From Nageia nagi (taxonomy: Eukaryota > Plantae > Pinophyta), in the NCBI GenBank assembly GCA_050084985.1, contig JBITNC010000002.1:8494001-8558000 (forward strand): a stretch of DNA of 64,000 nt, in the 5' to 3' direction. Made by a program: the position numbers and the translations under genes. The notes beneath the pieces are model-generated. The model worked only from the letters and a program-made list of their open reading frames with translations, had not been told where the DNA came from and searched no databases. Every line of letters starts with the position of its first letter. The stretch's first letter is position 1. Shown here piece after piece: positions 54,027 to 64,000 of this stretch.

Positions 54027-57000
54027 ATGGAACAACAAAATCATGTCATCTAAGAAAGAAGAGCTCATAAAAATGAACTGATATGTAGACATGAGCAAGC
54101 TAGAGAAGATAATATCAAAGTAAGAAGACAACAAAATCAACAAATATTTGTTGATGCAACATCAACATCAATACCCACATCAACAATTTCACCTCAATTA
54201 CCTTCCCACATCCAGTCGCATCCACTATTTCCAATCATCGATAATCTTACAACAATATGCACATCCATATTAATACATGCACCTACAATTCTTCCACCAA
54301 TCCACTCACCTCCACCTTTCACTCTAGAATATTACATTGCTATAAATAAATTTTGATCCAAATTGGAAAATTTTTCAAATATGGCTACATGTTATGTATG
54401 CAAGGAATGATATCCAGGAATAAAAATAAGATAAATAAATACAAAATATAGTTGTTATATATGTAAATCAAAAAATAATGGTAACCGCTTCTCAAAATGG
54501 AACAACATGGACCCCACTAAACAACCTCCATGTTTGCAAAAATTAACTTAGATCGATGAGATGCTGATAGCAAGAATTAGTCCTTTCCTTTAGGTTACAT
54601 ATGCAAGAGGAGGCAAACTACAATATAGTGGTCACACTATTTATTTTTCTCAAGATATTTCTACAATTGTAACTCATCTTCCCTAACTCTAAATGGATTA
54701 GACATATTAATAGTGAACAGGAAAAATATCAAAGATTAGGAATATAGTTTCTACATTTGTAGAAGTAAGGTGCATGAGGCATTGAAATTCAAAATCAAAT
54801 TTCATCCATACTACAAATAAGTACAGTTAGATGAAGATGTATTATCTAAATTACCAAAAACATCTACAAATATTTCAAGTCTTCTATATACAACAACTAT
54901 AAATGCAAAATCCTTTAGAATAAATTCCATGGAAATAAATGTTGCAGATGATGATTCATTAGAAAATAACATCCACAACACAAGTTTGTTTATGGAAAAA
55001 CTTCCACTAGCATGACGAGAGGTAGAAGAATTACGTTCTTTATTGTAGCTAGAAGAAGGACATCTAACACCTACTATTGAATAGCCTCCCATTATTATAT
55101 TGCCCATATATGAGTACAACATAAAAGGATATTTACAATGGCATTTCTTGCTCTATTTCCAAAAGGAAAAGCATCGTTCAAACAACAACCCATGAAAGAA
55201 GTTAAGCTATATGAATATGCCTTGCACCTTCTAAAGTATCATGATAATAGATCTGGCCAACACCTAAGATTCTGATATTTCATCCTCAATATAATGATGC
55301 GGCATTGAAGTAAATCAACATCTATTTTCAATAAAAAATATCAATGATAATCTACCAACAATAATTCATGATCTTCAACAAAGATTGAAATACATACCTG
55401 ATGATAAGATTGTTGACCAATTTATGAATTTGGATAAACTATTCGAGTTACAAAACCATTTTGGAACCTTTGCAGTGTAGAGCTATCAAACATAATCATT
55501 TAGATCGGATTCCCTATGCTATTCTTCACCCTCAATACAACATATACAAAATGGGAATACCTACACCATATCATGCCAACTTCATCATTGATAAATCCTC
55601 AATCAGCTTTCAAATGGAGGATACAAAATATCATTCAAAATCCACCTCTTATCGCATTGTATATGCACTATCAATTTACAACATTTCATGAAGAAGTACT
55701 GGAAAAGCTCCTTGATGATAAGACTATTGATACATGTATACTATTTATCATATATTTAAATTCTTACTACATTCCTCCTTTTTCTTGGCTAATTAGTAAT
55801 ATTATCAAGTATGAATGGCAACATAGAGGATCCACTCATATACATGGATTCCTCTAGTTGAAAAGAACACCTAACATTGTAAAATTGGAATGGAATAACT
55901 TTCAATTAGTCCAAAATGTAAATAAATATTTGTATTTGCTTAGAACCATCATCCCCCTTCACAAAAAAATCTAACATTTTCTAGACATGTTGTTGATAAC
56001 CCTTGTCTATTGGATACAACATTCATTATGTCAACCAACCCTTTCAATGATTGCAATGAATTAGCCAATTATGTCTAACACCATACAAAATGCACCTTAC
56101 AAACTTACCTATGTAAGAAAGGATCAACTTTTGAATGTCAATAGAAAGCCCCTTGGCCCCTGCAAGATATTTCAAGTCTTGCACTTGATGATGAAGGTCA
56201 ACATAAATACAGGCTTGCTCATAATGATGATCATTTGAATATTCATAGCCTAATTATTATATCTATCTGGAGAGCCAACATAGACTGTAAGCTTGTTATG
56301 TCAATCATTGTTGTTCTCAAATACATTATAAAATATGCAGCCAAAGCTTAAACCAAATTTGAACCATACCATGTAATGCTTTCACGTATTTCATCAAATT
56401 ATGATGCAAACATACTAGTAGTAGTTTCTTTTCATAAAATGCTTGTTGATAACCTTGTTGATCATGATATTTTAGCACAAGAAGCTATCCACCTTTTGCT
56501 AAAACTACCACTATCTTTATGTAGCAGGTTATTTGTTACTTTAAATGTAAACCACAAACTCTATCAATGTCTTCCAATCTCAGTCAAATCTACACCAAGT
56601 AACACAACCTTGATAAATACTTACATGGAGTAGAGAATATGGAAAATATGTAACTCATTGAAGTAGCTCAAAAATGGACATTCAAAGAATCCAAAAAAAT
56701 ATAGATGGAAAAAACATACTACAGAAGCAATTGTGCGAGTCTCTCCAAGATTCACAAGCATCCTTGCAAAAGATGATATTTATTTTCTAGAATTTTTGCA
56801 AACTAAGCTACTCCTATATCGACCTTTTCATAACATTCAAGATGATGCTGCAAATACAACAAACCAACTTATGGAACAATGGGAAGCATTCAAAAATAGC
56901 TACAATGCATGGCATGTACATAGAACAACAATGAAAACAACTAAAGAAACTGAAGAAAGCAAATCCTAAGATGAAGAAATCAACTTATAACAAAGCATCC

Positions 57001-58571
57001 AAAGTGAATGGCAAGCCTTTTCATCTATACATCCAAGGAATCCTTTGCAAATAAACAAGATAAACATGCTTAGCCAATGTGACATGGACATTAACCAAAA
57101 CTAGAAAGTTACTCATTTCACTCCATAACAACAAATTACGATATCTACTTTCATAGAGTAAAATCGACAAAGTTTTCAACTACAACCCAGTCTCATTTAG
57201 AATTCTTATCATAGCATGTCACTTGAATAGAAAAAAGTGTTTGATATAATACATTCACATTTATATGCCAATTATTATGAAGAATCTCTCAGGATGATTG
57301 TATAAGGAACTGCAGGAATAGGAAAGTCACACCTAATTAAAAGCATAAAGTCTAGGCTCCAAACATGAACTCTAGATGGTCAATCACCATTGCTACTTAT
57401 TGCACCAACATGTGTTGTATCATTCAACATACCAACTTCAACAATTCACTCTGCACTTCAAATACCCCTTAGAGAAATGAATGCCATACAAGGGATATCA
57501 CTTGCAAACTTTCAAGAAAAGATCTATTTCATTCAATACATTATTATCTATGAAATGAGTTTCATCATTTTGAAAATGATGGAATGAATTGATCAAAGAT
57601 TGTGAGAATCCTTCCCTGCAAATAATCAAATACCATTTGATGGGTGATCTATCATCCTCTTTAGTGACTTGGCATAATTACCACCAATGAAATATATTCA
57701 AATGTATGCTTCAACTTCTTACAGAGGGACATTATGGTGTAGCTTCATAATCATCATAACATTGATAATAATTTTTCATCAAAGTGGTGACAATCCAATC
57801 CAAATTCAATTTCGTGACCACGTATCAAATTTGTAAAATGCAGAACCTATAGTTGTAGATTGGTAAACTTTGATGTTACATACAAACTCCAAGCTTGATC
57901 CTATCAAGCAATCCACTTTTTTCTCCTCCATGCATCTTTATGCAACAAATGAAATGGTTTCAATACATAACAAATATATGTTGTTATCATTACAAAAACC
58001 TATAGCTATTTCCATTGCAAAGCATAATAGGGCCTAACATTTTCAGATCCAAATTACAAGCAACTTTAATGACAATTATCCTTGCATTTACCAAGAGGTT
58101 ATGTTGTGTTCAAATTTATGGGTAGAAACAGGACTTATCAATGGTGCACTTGGACAAGTCAAATCAATTATTTATAGGGAAAATGAAAAACCACTACAAA
58201 TTCCATTATTTGTTGTTGTTCAATTCAATAATTACATTGGACCATTTTGGGATCAAAACAACCCAAAATATGTTCCTATATGCCCATTGATCCATGGTAA
58301 ACAATGAAAAATTCCATTGAAAATGGCATGGGCCTTGACAATGCACATATCACAAGGGCTTACACTTGAAAGGGAAATAATTGATATTAGCAACACTGAC
58401 TGATAAGGGCTTACTTTTACAACTATTTCAAGAATTCATGGACTATCTTATCTATGAATACATCTTGCTTTCACATTCCACAGATACGCATGCATGGGAG
58501 CAAGTGCAAATATTAATCATCGCCAATAAGAAGAAAAATGCTTGATGTCATTATCAAATGTTAATACATGA
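54027..58571 (+). mobile_element. Degenerate RepHel (HUH Rep + PIF1-like helicase) of a Helentron/Helitron2-type rolling-circle element
   Basis: N-terminal region: CYVCKE, NNMDP..PPCLQKLT.IDEMLIARI..YSGHTI (DUF6570-like), MAFLALFPKG, LFFTL. Rep: YEWQHRGSTHIHGFL at 55810 (HUH), IWRANIDC, YIIKYAAK at 56322, DILAQEA.HLLL.LPL..CSR.FV. Helicase: GTAGIGKS at 57306 (Walker A), APT..STIHSAL, VMLCSNLWVETGLINGALG, PLKMAWALTMHISQGLTL. Termini not determined. Confidence 0.9.
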
Positions 58572-58879
58572 AATAAATATTACCTTTTCAAATAACATTA
58601 TTACATATTTTTCCTTTTTAGAAATAAATATTTAAATAACTTACTGTGTATATATATAACTTAATATATTTTTACAATTTTCAAACAAATTTTTATACCT
58701 CGTGTTGATATATGATACCATTTCTCTTAGTCAACGTAATGACACACAAAAAAATATCAATATTACATATCATGCTTATACTTATCATGTTCAATATTGA
58801 TGTGTTGATTTATGTCAATATATATTCTTAGTCATGTTTTGGTATTGTTTAAGGTATTTCCAGGTTGTGTTGATATTAT

Positions 58880-61795
58880 TAGGTCTTAGTCAATGAAAAA
58901 TCATTCAAAACTGCCATTTTGTTAAAAAGTGGGAGTTGTTTGTACAAAGTCATATGAGCCATGTTTGGGTGAAGTTTATAATCATTTGCCAAGAATAGTC
59001 CATTCTATGAAAATCGACTAAGGATTTACCAAGTTATGTTCATATTATCGAGTCTTAGTCAATGGAAATTCATTCAAAACTACCATTTTGTTATAAGATG
59101 GGTGTTATTTGTACAAAATAAAATGAGCCATATCCGAGTGAAGTTTATAAGTCATATGCTAAGAAGAGTCCATGTTGTGAAAATTGAGAAATTGAACCTG
59201 CAGAATTCCAATAGTCAAATCACACTTTTTGGCGAGGATCAACAAGCATTAGACAACTTCATCAGTGGGTGTTCTAGACAAGCTTCATGATAGGAGATGT
59301 TCATAGCTCTATATTCAACAGACCCTACCAGTTTTGAGTAATGATGTTAGACTTTTTGGAGAAAATCAATAGGTAATAAGTCTATAAGCAGTCTAAAAGT
59401 TTCAACAATACTCATCAAGGTGTAATAAGACCCACCAGTTTTGAGTAATGACGTTAGACTTTTTGGATAAAATTGATAGGTAATAAGTCCACAAGCAATC
59501 TAAAAGTTTCAACAATACTCGTTGAGATGTAAAAAGACCCACCAGAGTAAGTAAAGGCTATAAGAGGAGGTGAACACCTAGGTCCACCTAATCAAGGGAT
59601 TATTCTTGCACATTATGAATTAGTTCGTGCAATTTTCTCCATTTTTACTTGAATTTTGATGCAAAATTTAACTTTAATACAAGAGTAATTCTACCTAAAA
59701 TTTGGTAATATGTCAAATTTACTATGAATTATTATTAATGTTTTTGCCTAGAAAACAACGTACCCATTGCACTTGGTTAAAGTCATAAAGTGGGTATTGT
59801 TATAAGAGTAAATGTAAATTGAACCTACGGAATTCCAATGGTGACATCACACTTTTTAACGAGGATAAACAGGCATTATAATTCATTTTCGGGATGTATT
59901 GTATAGATTCTATGTATTTGTCTAAGTTTGGGCCCCGTTGCCAATCAAATTACTTATGTTTTGGTCTAGCATAGTTTGAGTCTTATTTTCAAGTGTTATT
60001 ATATATAGTCTATTTGTTTTTCTAAATTATATTCGAGCCCTATCTCTAATCTAGTTACTTAAGTTTCGATCTTGTATAGTCTAAGGGTATTTATTTTAAT
60101 TATTATTATTGTTATTGTATTGTAATTATTATTATTTTTTAAGTAATTTTTTAATATTATTTCTGGGCCTTGTATATAAGTGTTAATTTATAATTAAGTA
60201 ATGTAGTGGGCATTATCATAAGAGTCAAATGATGTCATAATTTTCAATGAAAATTAGCGGGTTCCAAACAACTTCATCAGCAGGTGATCTTGATAGTTTT
60301 TCATGGCAGGAAATGTTCATAACTCTAATTCAACAAACCTTGCCAGTTTTGAGCGATGATGTCATACTTTTCAAGAGAAATTGACGGGTGATAAGTTCCA
60401 CACATAGTCAGTGACCCTTGCCAACACATAATAATACATGTCGAGGCATAATAAGACCACCAAGGATAAATAAAGACTATAAGAGGAAGTGAACACCCAG
60501 GACCACTTAATCAAAGGTGTATAATCCCTGAGACTTTATCAATGTATCAACTTAAACTGATTTTCACGAAGTAGCAGTAGTTCATACTCAACAGGTAGCC
60601 CGGGTAATGTAGTGGGCGTTGTTGTAAGAGTCAAGTGACATCATACTTTTCAATGAAAATCAGCGAGATCCAGATAGCTTCATTAGTGGGTCCACCTAAT
60701 CAAGGGATTGTCCTTACACATTATGAATTAGGTCATGCAATTTCCTCTATTCTAACTTGAATTAGATGCAAAATTAAACTTTAGTATAAGAATAAGTCTA
60801 CCTAAAATTTGATAATATGTCAAATAGTCTACCTAAAAGTTGGTAATATGTCAAATTTACTATGATTTATTATTAATGTTTTTTCCTGGAAAATGACATA
60901 CCCATTGCACTTGGTTAAAGTCATGTAGCAGGTCGTGTTATAAGAGTCAATGTAAATTGAACCCACGGAATGTTAGTGGTGACATCACACTTTTTGGTGA
61001 GGATTAGCAAGTGTTATAAGTCATATATGTGATGTATTATATAAAGTCTGTGCATTTGTCTAAGTCAAGTCCGAGCCCTATTTTCAATTAAATTACTTAT
61101 GTTTTGGTCTAGCATAATTCGGAATTTATTTTCAGGTGTTATTATATATAATTTATTTATTCATCTAAATTATATTCGAGCCCTATCTCTAGTCTAATTA
61201 CTTAAGTTTCGATCTTGTATAGTCTTAGGGTTATTTTTAAGCCCTGTTGTACATAATTATCAGTTTAGGTTAAATCATGTAGTAGACAATGTTGCCACAA
61301 GAGTCAAGTTTGGGCCCTATTTTAGTTTGAGTATTATTTTCGGGTCTTGTATATAAATGTTAATTTATGGTTAAGTAATGTAGCGAACATTATTGTAAGA
61401 GTCAAGTGACATCATACTTTTCGGCGAAAATCAACGGGCTCTAGACAGCTTCATTAGCAAGTGATCTTGGTAGTTTTTCACGATGAAAAATATTCATAAC
61501 TCTATATTCAACAAACCTTGCTAGTTTTCAGCGATGACATCATACTTTCAAGAGACATCGATGGATGATAAATTCCAAACACATTCAATAACCCTTGCCA
61601 AAACATAACAATACCCGCTGAAGCATAACAAGACCTACCACAGATAAATAAAGATTGTTGTTGCACATTATGAATTACTTCATACAATTTCCTCTATTCT
61701 AACTTGAATTTAGATGCAAAATTAAACTTTAAAACAAGAATAAGTTTACATAAAATTTGATAATATGTCAAATTTACTATGACTTATTATTAATG
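58880..61795. repeat. Complex ~1.0-1.2 kb tandem array (about 2.5-3 copies) with internal sub-repeats, probably TE-derived
   Basis: 59215-59590, 60225-60510 and 61402-61655 align with each other; so do 59580-59760, 60690-60900 and 61660-61795; and 59760-60090 with 60900-61230. Confidence 0.85.
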
Positions 61796-61849
61796 CTTGT
61801 ACTGTTGCAACATAGGCAAGCACGAATAATAGGACCCATCTCTAAGCGA

Positions 61850-61895
61850 CTCACATGACCGTCACGTTTAGCTCTGCACAAATACAAAGGATAAG
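61850..61895 (+). promoter_or_regulatory. Candidate light-responsive motifs: CACATG E-box, CACGT ACGT-core, GATAAG I-box
   Basis: TCACATGACCGTCACGTTT at 61851-61869 and GGATAAG at 61889-61895, just upstream of a Calvin-cycle gene. These motifs are short and could occur by chance. Confidence 0.35.
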
Positions 61896-61897
61896 CC

Positions 61898-62839
61898 ATG
61901 GCCATGGTGTGGACGGAATCTCACAGTGCAGAATCAATACCCGCACCCAATACATTGCACCGGCAACCGTCGGCTCTTATGGCAATGTCAGCGTTCTGCC
62001 CGGTGGCCGCCCTCGCCCTTAAAACCAAATCTAAGCACCCCAGACTGGCAACCCTGAAGCCACACAACGCCCTTGTCTCCTTCACATTGGCAACGCCCCG
62101 CAGGGTTTCTGTTCGGGCAATGGCGGCGAACAACGTTCTCACGCAGGACGATCTCAAGAAGCTCGCGGCCGACAAGGCCGTGGAATACGTGCAGAGCGGC
62201 ATGGTGCTAGGCCTCGGCACCGGCTCCACCGCCGCCTTCATGGTCGCCAAGATCGGAGCCCTGATGAAGGCCGGGGAACTCAAAGACATCGTCGGAGTCC
62301 CCACATCGAAGCGCACGGCCGAGCAGGCGGCGTCTCTCGGAATCCCGTTGTCCGTTCTCGACGACCACCCGAAGATTGATTTGGCGATCGACGGCGCGGA
62401 CGAGGTGGATCCGGAGCTGAACCTCGTCAAGGGCCGTGGCGGAGCGTTGCTCCGCGAGAAGATGGTGGAGGCTGCTTCTGCGAAGTTCGTGGTGGTGGTG
62501 GACGAATCGAAGCTCGTCGAGGGTCTCGGCGGGAGCGGTCTCGCTATGCCGGTGGAGGTGGTACCCTTTTGCTGGAAATACAATGCTAATCGTCTGCAGG
62601 GGCTTTTCGAATCCGAGGGATGCCAGGCCAAGCTCCGCATGGATGGAGACAAACCCTACATTACTGATAATTCAAATTATATCGTGGATTTGTACTTTAA
62701 GTCGCCGATTAAGGATGCTAGGGCCGCCGGCGCCGCCATGCTGAATATGGAGGGCGTGGTGGAGCACGGGCTCTTCCTCGACATGGCCACCGCTGTCATC
62801 ATCGCCGGGTCGAAGGGCGTCACCGTCCAATCCAAGTGA
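61898..62839 (+). CDS. RPI: Plastid ribose-5-phosphate isomerase A with transit peptide, intronless
   Basis: Intact ORF with LTQDDLKKLAADKAV, GLGTGST, DGADEVD, KGRGGALLREK and VVEHGLF; Ser/Ala/Arg-rich N-terminus. The true start may be the ATG at 61979 or 61985. Confidence 0.96.
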   Translation: MAMVWTESHSAESIPAPNTLHRQPSALMAMSAFCPVAALALKTKSKHPRLATLKPHNALVSFTLATPRRVSVRAMAANNVLTQDDLKKLAADKAVEYVQSGMVLGLGTGSTAAFMVAKIGALMKAGELKDIVGVPTSKRTAEQAASLGIPLSVLDDHPKIDLAIDGADEVDPELNLVKGRGGALLREKMVEAASAKFVVVVDESKLVEGLGGSGLAMPVEVVPFCWKYNANRLQGLFESEGCQAKLRMDGDKPYITDNSNYIVDLYFKSPIKDARAAGAAMLNMEGVVEHGLFLDMATAVIIAGSKGVTVQSK

Positions 62840-63729
62840 GAAGGTTGTAGTATTTCTCGAGGTAATTCGTAGACATTTACTGTTATAAATGTTGGTGGGT
62901 TTTTTTTTTCCTTTCGTATTTATCTACTAGCCGTGCCGGATGGAATTGGTGGATTCAGGGTTGCCAAAATGTAATTTTTGAAATTCATAAATTGAAAGGC
63001 AAGTGTGTTTTCCCGCGATTTGATCCTCTCCGTAGAATATTTTGGTGATTCCAATGTGGCATTTCAGTAAAGAAAAATTGAAATTTTACTTCACGATGTT
63101 GTGGAAGAGAATTCAGAATGCTGAAAGCTTTTGGGATTCACTGAGGTAGGTGTATTCACAAACTGTTCTGCATCGTTGAGTCTAGATGAAAGAGCAGAAC
63201 TTAGCAATCTTACTTCATCCTAGACGATGACCTTGATAATTTATGTTTATTTATTTGCCTTTGTTGGAAGCAGGGTTACAGATGCAAGAAACCTGAAATT
63301 GTAGACTTTTAAACATTTTCGGTTCTTGTTTTATTGAGTGGACCATGTGTCAGGAAAGAATTACCGACCCAGAGCTTTTATTCAATAGATTGTTGGGTAA
63401 AATGATGTTATTAATCTCGGAAACAATACCTCTGCATGTTCAGAACCCCTGGACAATTTGGTGAATTTGAATTGTTTGTAAATCATGTGATTTGGATCTG
63501 AAAAGTAGTAATCCTTTGTTTCTGCATGGCTGAAGTCTAGGAAACAGTTTGGATGGATAGAATAAGTTTATGCTGATTGATTTGTATCATACTGTGCTTT
63601 GTGGTAAAGTATTCATCTTAGCAGCATTTTTTAACTTCACGTTAATGTTTCATTTTCCAGTAGTAATCCTGTAGATAGTTTGCTATCACGTTTGACTTTT
63701 CTATTGATGATTGTCAATTAAGAAGAAGA

Positions 63730-64000
63730 AGAAAACCTGTAATTGACTTTCCTCCGAAGTAGAAATGTAGCTGAACCATAAACCTATAGCAGCGTTGAAA
63801 ACCATAACTATAGTTAACTACAAGTTGTTGCAGGTAACAAAATGAGCTAAGGAATCAAGTTGCTGTTGGAGACCATCAGGGGAGGAAGGCACATCATCTG
63901 TAAAAAGAATTAAATATATAAAACATGGTAAAGAATATTCAAGCTCATCAATGTAGACAGCAAATAATGTTGTGAGAGGACAACCTTGTGTAACCTCCAT
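63730..64000 (-). mobile_element. Non-LTR retrotransposon RT fragment (RTE-X-like), continues beyond the window
   Basis: VTQGCPL.TLFAVYIDELE..LILFTDD..SSPDGLQQQLDSLAHF, then VMVFN..HFYFGGKSI (cf. QGCPLSPTLF.YIDELE..LLYADD..GLQ.QL..L..F). Confidence 0.7.

Noticed and set aside
58560-58880. Canonical Helitron 3' end (GC-rich hairpin + CTRR)
   Set aside because: No convincing hairpin or CTRR seen after the helicase, consistent with a non-canonical or eroded end.
61921-62744. ORFs 61921-62652 (-) and 62436-62744 (+)
   Set aside because: Shadow and alternate frames of the GC-rich RPI CDS.
63140-63275. Possible 3' UTR intron of RPI (GAG|GTAGGT ... GCAG|G)
   Set aside because: Splice-like words alone are insufficient without transcript data.

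Overview
Very AT-rich eukaryotic plant DNA, roughly 30% GC by eye, with one 100-N scaffold gap. The PPR, RLK and TE repertoire and the heavy C>T decay suggest a large-genome gymnosperm; this is inference only. About 90% of the window is a nested, heavily deaminated transposon graveyard. There are two CpG-rich gene islands: a disabled G-type lectin S-receptor-like kinase (6471-7812, -) and an intact, intronless plastid ribose-5-phosphate isomerase (61898-62839, +). TEs resolved from the sequence, left to right: a Sola2-like DDE transposase relic followed by a CT-rich minisatellite and a tRNA-Lys pseudogene (1-2141); a CRM-like Gypsy with LTRs and TSD (12025-24550); a Copia (26869-40355, TSD AAACT) with a second Copia nested in its 5' LTR; an L1-type LINE fragment; a second CRM-like Gypsy (44003-49627); and an RTEX-like fragment at the right edge. 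Most notable is a degenerate Helentron/Helitron2 (HLE2)-type RepHel gene (about 54027-58571, motif EWQHRGSTHIH). It is directly preceded by a co-oriented, full-length, intron-containing RPA70-like gene that keeps the RPA70N domain. PPR-motif-derived fragments recur through the intergenic DNA. All translations, alignments and identity estimates were done by eye; no searches were run.
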